Of a stretch of 64,000 nucleotides of DNA, positions 27,828 to 64,000 are shown in pieces. Each line of letters opens with the position of its first letter. Position 1 is the stretch's first letter. Under the pieces are notes generated by a model, which saw only the letters and a list, made by a program, of their open reading frames with translations, had not been told where the DNA came from and did not search any database. The stretch comes from Octopus vulgaris. Its lineage: Eukaryota. The stretch covers positions 42,656,001 to 42,720,000 of the forward strand of contig OX597836.1 in the NCBI GenBank assembly GCA_951406725.2, read 5' to 3'. The translations under genes and the position numbers were made by a program.

Positions 27828-28052
27828 ATTATTCCATACCTTCCTGAGTCTTCCTCTTCCACAGGTACCATTCACTTTCAGTGCCGGGCACTTCTCTAGA
27901 CAGCTGTCTTTACTCATACGCATCACATGTCCAAACCAATATATTCTCCTCTCCTGCATGCCACATTTAATTCCTCTTCTGTCCAACTTTTCTCTCAACA
28001 CAGTTTCATTTTTGTAATTTATGCACACTGATGTTGTACATCCAATGGAGCA
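27828..28052 (-). mobile_element. RTE-clade LINE fragment
   Basis: QERRIYWFGHVMRM...VNGTCGRGRLRKVW. Confidence 0.7.
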
Positions 28053-28915
28053 TACTACCTATATGTATGTATGCATGCATGCATGTATGTATGTAGATAT
28101 GTAAGTACGTACGTATGTTCCAAATCATTTTCTCTCTCCTTCACAGTTCTCTGTCTTCCACCCTCTCCCTCACTATTCCTCCTTTGCTCACGTGACCATC
28201 GGCTATTTTTCTTTCTTCTCCTAACTTGTGTTTCATTCTTTCTTCTTGTTGCAGCTGGACAAGGAAGACGTATTCTTTTCTGTCTCCTGTCCAAGCTTAT
28301 TTCTTAATGCTCACCACCACAACCTCGTTTAGGCTTAGCAGCCCTTCCTGTTTGTTTTCACACTCCTGTTTTTGTCACTAATTTTGACCCTCCGCAAAAT
28401 TGCAAATTTTATTTCATTTGCTTTGCGGGATCAACTGTTTTATCGAAGGCGTATCTTGTCATGAATTGCTCGAAATACGGATTAGAAAAACAGCCGACAA
28501 CTGATGAAGGGTCGTTCTTTGTGCTGTTTGTCTTGCTTTAAATTTGTTTCTTTTCTTGTTCGCAAAATGTCCTCGTACTTCATATATTTTGTTGTTTATG
28601 TTTTGGGACATCCTGTGCCCACATATGCATACGTATATATATATACATGTAAGTATGTATGTATAGGTACGTATATATGCATATATATACACTTTACTCT
28701 TTTACGCTTTTACTTGTTTCAGTCATTTGATTGCAGCCACGCTGGAGCACCGCCTTTAGTCGAGAAAATCAACCCCTAGGACTTATTCTTTGGAAGCCTA
28801 GTACTTATTCTATTGGTCTCTTTTGCCGAACCACTAAGTTACGGGGACGTAAACACACCACTATCAATTGTTAAGCGATGTTGGGGGGGACAGACAAACA
28901 AACACACAAACACAA

Positions 28916-28966
<51 letters not shown>

Positions 28967-30133
28967 CATATATACGATGGGCTTCTTTCAGTTTCCGTCT
29001 ACCAAATCCACTCGCAAGGCTTCCATCGACCCAAGGCTAAAGACACAAGGTGCCATGCAGTGGGAATGAACCCAGAAACCATGTGGTTGGTAAGCAAGCT
29101 TCTTACCACACAGCCACTCCTACGCCTATATATATTATTTATATTATTATCCATGTATATACATATACACACACATACATATCTATAAGCGTGTGTGTGT
29201 GTGATTCGGTTGATCAGATGATATTGTGTTTAATGACGTAATTTTATAGACACATCCAACTAATGCTCTGGCTGACTTCCTGCTTAAACCTCCAACTTAA
29301 ACTGCATATTGCGCAATGAAATTTAGCTACAGATAGCGTTTCACTTCAGCAACTATGTACAAATGTAATAGAATAAAAACAACTGTGATTTCAGGTCAGA
29401 TCTGAACATTTTTATATTTATATATTTGATACACTTGGGAAAGGCAGCGAACAGGCAGAAATGTTAGCTCGCCGGGCGAAATGCGTAGCCGTATTTCGTC
29501 TGCCGTTACGTTCTGAGTTCAAATTTCGCCGAGGTTGACTTTGCATTTCATCCTTTCGCGTTCGATAAATGAAGTACCAGTTACGCACTGGGGTCGATGT
29601 AATTGACTTAATCCCTTTGTCTGTCCTTGTTTGTCCACTCTGTGTATAGCCCCTCGTGGGTAGTAAAGAAATATACATATTTGATACACTTGGGAATAGA
29701 GGGAATTTTAGAGGAGTTTAAATCCCAAAAGATCACTAAAAAATGGTTGAGGAATCTTCAAAATGTTGGTATTCTCGTGGAACAGTTTTGGACTTAACTG
29801 TATAATTTTTGTGGGAAAATACAAGAATTTACCATAAACAGTATGGACATTCCTTTACTGATCTTTTATGATGTACACCTCCGTGACATTCAATTTTACT
29901 CTTATATGTCAATGCATGAATGTATAAATGTCATAGAGCTGACCTGACAGCAGTTTTTTGCTTCTTTACACTTTTATAATTTTATTCTACTTCATATAAG
30001 GCGCAGGAGTGGCTGAGCTGTGTGGTAAGTGGCTTGCTTACCAAACACATGGTTTCGGGTTCAGTCCCACTTATATATATACGGCGGTGCATCAGCATGG
30101 CCGCAGCTCTGAGCTGAAACTTAAAAAAAAAAA

Positions 30134-30167
<34 letters not shown>

Positions 30168-30184
30168 ATGTATATGTATATATA

Positions 30185-31890
30185 CATGAAATTTTATAGA
30201 AATACCGTTTCAAATGGCACAGATTGTGATTATAAAGAAGTTTGCGGGGAAAGTGTTTTCCGAAGGGGTTGGGGAGAAGATTTCAGAAAATTCACTCGAT
30301 CCGTTTTTTTCCTCCCGTATAACTTCCAGGAAAATGGATATCTTTTGGTGAAATTTTACAGTAACACCTGTAAAACAGCTTAGATTACGATTATAAAGAA
30401 ATTTGTGGGAAAAATGCTTTCCGAAGGGGTAGGGAGAAGACTGTTAGAAAGTTCACACGATCCGTTTTTTTCCCCCTCATAACTTTTAGAATCTAGTTTA
30501 GCGCCTGGTCACCAAAACGTAAAAAAAAAAAAATCTCAGTCTAATGGGTGCACAAAAACGGGTAGAAAACGAATATGAAAGAAAAAATTTGTGCGAACTA
30601 AATGGAGTGGGGTGGGGAAAGGACTTGCGGAAAATTCACATGATCCTATTTTTTCCCTCATAGCTTTCAGGAAACTGGATATCTTTCAATGAAATTTTAC
30701 AGAAACACCTTTCAAACAGCATAGATTACGATTATAAAGAAATTTATGGGGAAAGTGTTTTCCGAATGGGTGGTGTAGAGGACTGTCGGAAAATTCACAC
30801 GATCTGTTAGTTTCCCTCATAACTTTCAGGAAAGCATTTTCCCCGTAAATTTCTTTATAATCGTAATCTATACCGTTTGAAAGGTCTTTCTGCGAAATTT
30901 CATTAAAAGATATTCATTCTCCTGAAAGTTATGGGGGTAAAAATCGGAGGATCTTTTCGGTTTGAACGGCAGTTTTTAACATAATTTCTAGGTAACTAAA
31001 AAATTTTAAACTTCGTATACTGGTAGAATGTGTTTATAAAACATTTTTTTTACTCTTGGCTTTATTGAGGAAATTCTATAGTTTGCAAGATATTTGTTGT
31101 GTTTTTTTTCTGCAATTTCAACCAATCAATGACGTCTATTGAGGTACTAAACATTTTGTGCCATATGAATATGTCCCTCGTTTAAGAAACAGATTGGGTT
31201 TATTTACATTTGTGAAGAAAAAAAAGATACCCTTCCCCCCACCCTTAACCCTAACTAACCCTAACCCTAAAATAGATTGAAATGCAACAGATCGATACTA
31301 GGGTCATAATTATGGGTGACAATTTCATATGACACCGCTAGAAAAAACTGCCGTTCAAACCGAAAAGATCCAAATCGGATCGTATGAATTTTCCGAAAGT
31401 CCTCTCAACACCCGACCACCCGTTTGTTTGCGCAAATTTTTGTTTTCATATTCGTTTTCTACGTCTATGTCTGTTTTTCTATGTCTTTTTCTTACTCCTA
31501 GTAGACTATTTTTGTTTTCGTTTTGGTGGCCAGGTGCTAAACTAGATCCTGAAAGTTATGAGGGGAAAAAAACGGACCGTGTGAATTTTCCAACAGTCTT
31601 CTCCACCACCCATTCGGAAAACATTTTCCCCACAAATTTCCTTATCCACTTTCCTGAAAGTTATGAGGGAAAAACCGGATCTTGTAATTTTTCTGAAATC
31701 TTCTCCCCACCACTTGTCATGGGATTTTCCTGAAAGTTATGAAGGAAAAGTCGGATCTTGTGAATTTTCCTTAAGTCCTCCCCTCTCCCTTCGTTTGCGC
31801 AAATTTTTGTTTTCATATTTGTTTTCTACACATTTTTTTTTACACCTAGTAGACTCGTTCTTTTTGTTTTCATGACCGGGGCTTAAACTG
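30185..31890. mobile_element. Fold-back element built of tandem subrepeats in inverted orientation
   Basis: Modules AAAATTCAC..GATCC..ATAACTTTCAGG repeat on + up to about 30835 and on - afterwards. Confidence 0.55.
30949..31371. mobile_element. Same MITE family, nested in a fold-back element
   Basis: Same TIRs; TSD AAATCGGA. Confidence 0.85.
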
Positions 31891-32692
31891 TATATTTATT
31901 TCTTATTTCTTTATTACCCACAAGGGGCTAAACATAGAGGGGACAAACAAGGACAGACAAACGTATTAAGTCGATTACATCGACCCCAGTGCGTAACTGG
32001 TACTTAATTTATCGACCCCGAAAGGATGAAAGGCAAAGTCGACCTCGGCGGAATTTGAACTCAGAACGTAGCGGCAGACGAAATACCTATTTCTTTATTA
32101 CCCACAAGGGGCTAAACATAGAGGGAACAAACAAGGACAGACACAGGTATTAAGTCGATTACATCGACCCCAGTGCGTAACTGGTACTTAATTTATCGAC
32201 CCCGAAAGGATGAAAGGCAAAGTCGACCTCGGCGGAATTTGAACTCACAACGTAACGCAGACGAAATACCGCTAAGCATTTCGCCCGGCGTGCTAACGTT
32301 TCTGCCAGCTCGCCACCTTATATATATATATAAACTGTATATTGAACAATAAATTTTCAAGGCGGTGCCCCAGCATGGCCGCAGTCAAATGACTGAAACA
32401 AATAAAAAATAAGGGTTGTCTAGCGTATGACTGAAGCATAAATTTAGCATTAGTGCTCTTGCTGTTGAGCACAAGGTTTAGGTGTGGTTAAGCAGAAACG
32501 TACCTAGATGCATTCCAGCCATGACTAACTCTACTTTTTTCTAGATCAAGGACTGGCTGCATGGGCCATTGTGTTCGGATAATGCTTTTGTTGTGAATTG
32601 AGCGAATTCGGTTGCTATTTCTCCGAGACGAAGCGACAGCATTCAGTTTTTTTTTTCCTGTTGGCTCAATGCACTGGAGTTGTCAACGGTCT

Positions 32693-32735
<43 letters not shown>

Positions 32736-33165
32736 TGTATATGTGTGTGTGTATGTGTGTGTGTGTGTGCGTAGCCGTATTTCGTCTGCCGCTACGTTCT
32801 GAGTTCAAATTCCGCCGAGGTCGACTTTGCTTTTCATCCTTTCGGGGTCGATAAATTAAGTACCAGTTACGCACTGGGGTCGATGTAATCGACTTAATAC
32901 CTATGTCTGACCTTGTTTGTTCCCTCTGTGTTTGGCTCCTTGTGGCTAGTAAAGAAACAGTGTGTGTGTATGTGTGTGTGTGTGTGTATGTGTGTGTGTG
33001 TTTGTGTGTGTGTGTGTCTATGACTGTGTATTTATATGTATACGTTTGTGTATATGTGTATACGTGGGAGTGTCTCCACGTTTGTATACGCGTGAATGTG
33101 CGTTTTGAATGCATGCTTTTATGTATATATGGGTGCGTGTCTTTTATAGAGAAATGAAAGACATT

Positions 33166-33232
<67 letters not shown>

Positions 33233-33419
33233 ATTAAGTTAGAGTGACCTAGAATTTGACAATGGAAGTGACTGGAAGAGAAACGACGAAAAAAAAAAAA
33301 CAGAAAGAAAAAGAGAGTAAGAGAGAAAGAAAAAAGGAAGAAAAGAAAGAGAGAGAGAGAGAGCGAGAAAGAAGGAGCGAGAAGAGAGAGAGAGAGAAAG
33401 AGTAAGAGAGGAGAAAAAA

Positions 33420-33771
33420 AAAAAGAAGAGTAGTTGTACGTCTGATCCGTGACACAGATTCGTGCGACGGAGAATTATCAAGTTTATCCGACCGAATCGG
33501 TGACTGATAAATAGATAGGAAGTGATATACTTTTCTATATTACTGATAATATATAAATAAATATATATTTATATATATATATATAAATGAAGCAGTTATA
33601 CATGCGTATAATAACAAGAGAGGGCGACAGAGCGAGACTAAATACTGGATGCTTTTGAATTCGCCTGTTATCCTGGGACGAAACCACCTTCGAAGTTGAC
33701 ACTATACTTGGCTCTGGACTCACAGTCGAAATATAATCACCTCCTCGGATTTTGTTTTTATTCCACAAAAG
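33420..33771 (+). promoter_or_regulatory. Putative promoter and non-coding first exon of gene B
   Basis: Non-repetitive, locally CpG-rich stretch after a (GA)n tract, ending in a perfect AG|gtaagt donor at 33771/33772. In the frame that would join 39975 there is an upstream TGA and no ATG. TSS position unknown. Confidence 0.45.
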
Positions 33772-34116
33772 GTAAGTTTTTTTTTTATTTTAGATTTTCT
33801 TTTGTGTAATTAAATGTCGACTTTATTTATTACGAAGCTGTGTTGGTTTGGTTTTTCATGTTGTCGTTTTCTTCCAGTCAGTCGAGCAAAATTTATGAGC
33901 AAAAAAAAGTTTTTAGCCATGACAAAAATTTGCCTAAAAGTACTTTTATTACATCGACCCTGTATTCAGCAATTACTTTATTTTATCGATGTCGAAAAGA
34001 TAATTATATATATATATAATTTTGAAATATATTTAAAATAATATAAATTAATTTATCTTATGTATTGGCTTAAGTTTTTCATTGTATGATTTGCCTAATA
34101 GTGGTTTTATCTCTAA

Positions 34117-34163
<47 letters not shown>

Positions 34164-35051
34164 GGAGTAAACACATAAATGTGAAACAAGGTGGAAAAAA
34201 AGAGTACTCAAATACCAGTGGTAGAGTAATATCGTATATATATATATATATATATATTAGAAGAAATGAGGTAATCAGAAGATCGGATGGTTCATATTTA
34301 TAGATATTTATTTATATATTACATTTTTTACATATATATATCATATCATTCGGATTATTAGCGCTTTCTCCCATTCCAGTGGGGTTTTCAAATCAAATTA
34401 ATCCCTTTGTGGGGAATTTGATATATATATATATATATATATATAAACAACATCATAAAGAGCCGGGGAAAATTCTGGTAAGCATTTTATCCGGGTTTAT
34501 CAGTTCATCGCTTTCGACGAATTATTAAATAATTTACTAAAATACTAAAATCGAAAAATCGACTTAATTCATTCCCCAGACGGGGGTCTTTATGGTCATT
34601 TTAATGATGGTAAAGAAGAGGGTAAGACCAGCTGCGGTACTTGTTGTCGGACAGTTCTAAACTATAACGAATATATTTACGCAGTGTCTGTGTTTGAAAT
34701 CAGTGTTAATAAGGATTAAGAAGTGGCGGAGGTGGAGGGGCGAACTTTCGTTTTATGTACATGTAATGCATAAAACAGCGAAATGATAAGATAACATGCC
34801 AAGATCATTCCTCAATACAAACTCCGGCTTCGGTTCGTATTAAGACCATCCATACATCAAGTTTGTGAAAATGATGCCTTGTAAACCCTATCTACCTATC
34901 TACCTACCTATCTATCTACCTACCTATCTAATCTATCTATCTATCTGTTTACTTGTCTACCTACCCCCTACTTACCTACCTATCCGTCTGTCTGTTAACT
35001 CGTCTACCTGCCTACCTACCTATCTATCTATCTATCTATCTATCTACTCAC

Positions 35052-35096
<45 letters not shown>

Positions 35097-35994
35097 CTCA
35101 CATATCTATCTGCCTGTCTGTCTTTCTCTTTCTATCCATCCATCTCTCTCTCTCTATCTGTCTCTCTTTCTCTCTGCCTCACTCACTACCTGTCTGTCTC
35201 TCTCCTATCAATTGAAAAGAGAAAAGAGTGTCTTCAGTCCTATGCATGGTTGCGATATTTTCCCTCGTTGAAGTTGCCATATTTTCCTTCATTTGTGATC
35301 ACGTAACTTCACAACTTTGGGAATTCACAAAACGATGTCTGCCGTTCACCGTGTGATGGTTCGACAGTTGCTTTCTTTTTTCTCTAACTTGTTTCAGTCA
35401 TTCGACTGCGGTCATGCTGGAGCACCGCCTTGAAATGACTAGTCAAACAAATCGACCCACTAGCATAGCTAGGGTGGGGCCGGTAGAGACGGTCCCACCC
35501 GGACGACTCTTTTAATGGGGCACCACTTTTGGGCCTGCTGTAGATAACATGTACTTTTTTTGTAGGATTGGGGGTGTCGAACGGAAGGGCCGCCCCGGGC
35601 GTCACACATCTGGCTACGCTAGTGAATCGACCCCAGCACTTATTAATTTTTTAAAAAGTCTGATACTTACTCTATCGGTTTGTTTTGCCGATCGGCAAAG
35701 TTACAGCGGGACGGAAACAAACCAACACCTGTTGTCACATGTCGAAGGGAGACTCCCAAACACACACACACATGCATACATACATGCATACATACATGCA
35801 TGCATACATACATACATACATACATGCATGCATACATACGTATTGTACATACATACACTCATACATACATACATACATACACACACATACACACATACAT
35901 ACACTCCCAAAGCACTTCAACTTTTGGTCCGCAGACGACTCCCCCTCTCTCTCTCTCTACACCAGACACTAGTCTGATTTATATATATAATCTA

Positions 35995-36378
35995 CTAGCA
36001 GTATCGCCCGGCGTTGCTCGGGTTTGTAAGGGAAATAACTATAAAGCATTTTTAGAGAGTTATAGCCAAAAAATAGAAAAAAAATGGGGAAAAAAATGAT
36101 GGTAAATTTTTTTGATAGTTAAAAAGGTCGAGTTGCGTCCCCTAGACCATCGGTGGTTTGTGTTTCTGAGTGTCGACCCCATGTCGAATTTATCGATCTT
36201 TTTCAGAACTGGGGGAACTTTTCAAAATTTTCGCTGCGTTAGTTTTGAATTATGACATTGGGCTATGTGTGTGTCAAGTTTCATCAGAATCGGTTGAAAG
36301 CCGTGGTCAGGATGAGGGTACAAGCAAACAGACACACAGAAACACACACAGACAAACTGCCGTTTATATAGAGAGAGA
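35995..36378 (-). mobile_element. Non-autonomous Helitron, same family as 22329-22711
   Basis: Reverse-complement match with the same termini. Confidence 0.8.
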
Positions 36379-37177
36379 TACTGTAATAAGAGCTGCATCC
36401 GTCTGTCTGTCCGCCACACTTTTTTCAGTATTAAGACAGAAAGAAATTCAATCGCATAGGAAGAAATTCAAGAATGCTATCACATATACTAAGATTAAAT
36501 AATTCTGTTTAAATGGAAGAGAAAGAGTGAGAGAGAGGGGGAGTAAGAGAGAGAGTGGTGACTGAAAGGAAGAGAGGAAAAATATATTTCTTTATTGCCC
36601 ACAAGGGGCTAAACATACAAGGGACAAACAAGGACAGACAAACGGATTAAGTCGATTACATCGACCCCAGTGCGAAACTGGTACTTAATTTATCGACCCC
36701 GAAAGGATGAAAGGCAAAGTCGACGTTGGTGGAATTTGAACTCAGAACGTATTGGCAGACGAAATACCTATTTGTTTACTACCCACAAGGGGCTAAACAT
36801 ACAGGGGACAAACAAGGACAGACAAACGGATCAAGTCGATTACATCAACCCCAGTGCGAAACTGGTACTTAATTTATCGACCCCGAAAGGATGAAAGGCA
36901 AAGTCGACATCGGTGGAATTTGAACTCAGAACGTAACGGCAGACAAAATACCTATTTCTTTACTACCCACAAAGAGCCAAACACAGAGAGGACAAACAAG
37001 GACAGACAAACGGATCAAGTCTATTACATCGACCCCAGTGTGAAACTGGTACTTAATTTATCGACACCGAAAGGATGAAAGGCAAAATCAACCTCGGTGG
37101 AATTTGAACTCAGAACGTAACTGCAAACGAAATACGGCTACGCATTTCACCCGGCGTGCTAACGTTTCTACCAGATC

Positions 37178-38166
37178 TGGGGACTGTGGTGACCAGATAA
37201 GATTAGCAACTTCACTAGAATGTTCCTTGTGCCATTCAGTAACAACTTTAGCTGTGTAAATTGGTACATTATCATCCTGAAAGATTGTGTTTCCCTCCAG
37301 AAACAGTTCTGCAACTATAGGATGATTTTGATCAGATAAAATGCTTAAATAGTCTTAACTATTAATTCTGCCATGAAGGGAAACCATTGGGCCGGCGGAT
37401 TTCCAAGATATAGCACCCCCACCTCCGATCATCACAGATCCTCCTCCATGTTTAGCGGATGGAAGAAGGCGGCCTGGATCAAATGTTTCTTTTGGTTGTC
37501 TCCACACGTATACTCGGCCTCTGGTTGGAAATAAGATAAAAAATGACTTGTCGGAGAAAATAACATTCTTCCACTGCTCTAGGGACCAATTTTGTAGGTT
37601 TTACTCCACTCTAAATGCTTTGCAACGTTTGTTTTTGAAAGTAGTGGTTTTCTGATTGCAGTCTTCCCATGAAATCCTGCTTTGTGCAGCTCCTGGCAAA
37701 GTGAACAGCTTTTGTGGAAACTGGGTTCTTGAGGTGGTCATTAAGCTCTACAGTAATTTGGGGAGCTGCACTTTTCTGATCCTTTCTAACAATTTGTGTA
37801 AGAGTCCGACAGTTCCTATCTGAAAGTTTTGGTTTTCTTCAGAAGTTCTCTTTCAACGAGGAGATTTTTTCCCTCTTTCTCAAAGGCTGTCGTTACTTTC
37901 GCGACAGTACGTCTTGATGCACCAAACATTTCAGCTGATTTCGTTAAGCTAACGCCTGCCATACGAGCACCAACAATTTGACCTCTTTGAAAGTCCGATA
38001 GATCTGTCATTTTAATGAATTTTAATTACCTTTTTCTGATGATATCTGAAAAGAACCAGCAATTTTAACAAAACATAAAACTAAACAAGCTTTTCATGGT
38101 TTTATAGATATTTCAAAATTATGATGCTATGATGATAGGTGTTTACATTATTTTATCCAACCCCTG
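37178..38166 (-). mobile_element. Tc1-like transposon relic
   Basis: TA|CAGGGGTTGGATAAAAT end; MTDLSDFQRGQIVGAR HTH start; decayed FSD.S and FQDDN.P motifs. Confidence 0.8.
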
Positions 38167-38426
38167 TAGGTTGAATCAACAAAAGTATTCAATCAAGTGA
38201 GAGATAAGCACCAACTTAATGTACAATTATGAGAGAGCTACTAATAGTTTCATACTTAATGATACTTTAAATTGGCAGATTTATAAAAGACATCCTGTAT
38301 CTCCAAGCAATCTTTGAGGTTTAGTTCATACATTTGATGTATTTAAAAACCAGGATGCTGGACTCCTAGATATTTATATCTCTGGTAATTGAACACCTTC
38401 ACTGCTGACTATCCCGTTTTGTATTA

Positions 38427-38700
38427 CTAATATTGTGCACTTATGCAAGATTTCATACCTATATCTTTGCTGAAGAATCTTACAGTTAGTATTAAAGAAT
38501 TTTTCTCTTTTTTTCTATTCTTACTAAAAAGCTTCAGATCATCCATGGAGAGTAAATGGTTAATTCTTCCTTTAAAATCTCTAAACTGAAACCCTACCTT
38601 TGCTTTTCTTAATACTAAACTGAGGGGGATTAAGCATAATGCAAATATTAAAAAAGATAACAAGTCTTCTTGGAAAAACCCTCTCTTGATGTTAACTTTC
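38427..38700 (-). mobile_element. R4/Dong-like non-LTR RT fragment
   Basis: LIPLSLVL...INHLLSMDDLKLF...FSKDIGM. Confidence 0.7.
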
Positions 38701-40034
38701 CCTACAGCTGTATCCTGTCATTAGCACCATTAAAGATATTGGTAGTACTATAAATATTACTTCAGCTGTATCCATTATTTAATTTCATAATTATTGTAAA
38801 TGTAGTCATTACATGACACAACTGGCAAAAGGTGATTAAGTGAGCTAATTGAATGCGAACATTTTGAGACACTGTTATCCACATTATTACACATACACAT
38901 CCAGCCCAGATTCACTGTGTTAGAACTCGGATTACAATAAGAAATGCTGTGGTTAGCTTCATCTTTCATGAGTGAATTTCTCAGTTTGCCATTATCGATA
39001 GTAGTTATGCAATCAGCAACATTCATGGTAGTAGAATATGAAAATTTAATGATGTGCTTGTTAAATATCTTCTTATATTTACTTGAAGGTGGAAGTGTCT
39101 TTCCAGGGCTGTAAAAAATATGACAAGTAATCTTTGTCTTTACATTTACAGTGCAAGGTGGATTATATCAGCTGATATTATTTTTATGTAATAATTTACC
39201 ATTATACTTACTATATTATCTCCTGGATTCATTGCTATCACTATGAGTGTTTACTGTTGAAGTGATATCTGGAGGAATAGGTTGGTTCTTAAACACAAAA
39301 GGATTTCTACCTACTGGAAGTACACTTAATACAGGTAATGTCTTTTCTTATATTTCTGTTGTATCTTAGCGAGATGTGTCATTATTTCTGAGTTATTAGG
39401 ATTATTATTCATACTATGTATGCGCAAGTGTGTGTGTGTATTTGTCGGCCAGTACTGCTTGACAACTGGTGTGTTTACATCCCTGTAACTTAGCGGTTTG
39501 GCAAAAGAGACCAAAAAGAATTAGTATGAGGTTTAAAAAGAAATGAGTACTAGGGTTGATACAGTTGACAAAAAATTCTTTAAGGTGGTCTACCAGCATG
39601 GCTGAAATAAATTAAGAAAATTTTAAAAAATCACATTCTCTTGGTCTTTCCACATTGTTAATCTGCTGTCTTTTGTCTTCAGTTTCAGATCTCGCACAAG
39701 TGATTATCCAGGACTCATAAAGCCACAGTTTAACTCAGTTTTCATGTTGTATAAGTGAGTTTGATTATAACACACCCCACTGGATGGGATGCCAATCACT
39801 TGTAGGGTCAACTTCCCAGCTGAGTGAAGATGAGAAATTTGAAATAAAATGCTGTGCTCAGGAACAGAATGAATCACCCGGTCCAAGAACTGAAACCATG
39901 GTCTTGTGATTGAGAGTGCAACACCCTAACCACTAGGCCATGCATCTTACTGCTTTATTTCTGTCCTTGCCTAGATTACAACTTATAGAAATACAGAAAG
40001 ACAAAGAAAGGTAAAATACATACAAGTTATTGAT

Positions 40035-63234
<23,200 letters not shown>

Positions 63235-63387
63235 GTAAGTATTCTTTTGTCAAGTCTTACTTCTAAAATCTATGAGGTGAGTGTTGAAAAGTTCCTGGCT
63301 TTAAAGATATTGCAAAAGGCCTTGCATGTTGGATCAACTTTCTAAATTCTTTTACAGGGTTTAGAAAAAACTGAAGGACTGCCGCAA

Positions 63388-64000
63388 TCATCATCATCAT
63401 CATCATCATCATCGTCATCGTTTAACGTCTGCTTTCCATGCTAGCATGGGTTGGACGGTTTGACTGTGGGCTGTCGAACCAGATGGCTGCACCAGGCTCC
63501 AGTCTTGATCTGGCAGAGTTTCTACAGCTGGATGCCCTTCCTAACACCAACCACTCCGAGAGTGTAGTGGGTGCTTTTACATGTCACCGGCATGGGGCCC
63601 AGTCAAGCAGTACTGGCAGCGACCTCGCTCGAATTTTTTCCACATGCCAACAGCACAGGTGCCAGTAAGGTGATGCACAGGTGCCAGTAAGGTGCCTCCT
63701 ACATGGCACCGGCACGGAAGCCAGTTAGCTGCTCTGGCAACGATCATACTCAAATGGTGCTCGTAGCACCCTACTAGCATGGGGCACAAGTGCCAGTAAG
63801 GTGAAGCTGGTAACGATCTCACTCAAATGGTGCCTCCTACATTCCACTGGCACAGAAGCCAGTTAGCTGCTCTAGCAACGATCATGCTCGGATGGTGCTC
63901 GTAGCACCCTACTAGCATGGGGCACAAGTGCCAGTAAGGTGAAGCTGGTAACGTTCTCACTCGAATGGTGCCTCCTACATGGCACCGGCACAGAAGCCAG
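63388..64000 (-). mobile_element. (GAT)n-tailed SINE/LINE-tail family with internal tandem repeats
   Basis: CATCATCGTTTAACGTC..CCATGCTAGCATGG..GGATGCCCTTCC motif. Other copies at about 2958, 5112, 12518, 44220, 46471 and 62750(+). Confidence 0.7.

Noticed and set aside
28495-28520. Isolated CTGATGA (also 17351, 58526)
   Set aside because: No pairing stem II with GAAA and cleavage-site geometry
33263-34475. ETS/IRF/NF-kB-like sites near the putative gene B promoter
   Set aside because: Short motifs expected by chance in purine-rich sequence; no conservation data
38775-39330. Possible minus-strand exon nested in gene B intron 1
   Set aside because: Short ORF, stops in adjacent sequence, no recognisable motif or clear splice sites

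Overview
AT-rich, microsatellite- and transposon-dense eukaryotic DNA. The SINE families and repeat style point to a coleoid cephalopod, probably Octopus (inference). Hand-splicing reveals two tandem, same-strand paralogous genes that the ORF track shows only in fragments. Gene A: last four coding exons (1462-1605, 1714-1825, 6050-6314, 9809-10129). Gene B: probable 5' UTR exon ending at 33771, then coding exons 40035-40214, 42746-43768, 44628-44784, 45825-45972, 56280-56389, 61398-61508 and 63091-63234, continuing beyond the window. Gene B encodes a STAND/NB-ARC-like NTPase followed by TPR-like repeats (NLR-like architecture). It has almost no N-terminal effector domain and a divergent MHD-equivalent motif. 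Introns and intergenic DNA hold many fold-back palindromes, several carrying type I hammerhead ribozyme motifs typical of Penelope-like elements. These include two intact-core motifs, several core variants and a tRNA-headed hammerhead element. Also present: a Penelope RT/GIY-YIG relic, mariner/Tc1 relics, Merlin-like MITEs with telomeric repeats, non-autonomous Helitrons, a solo LTR, CR1/RTE/R4 fragments and several SINE families. Repeat boundaries were read by eye and may be off by a few bases.
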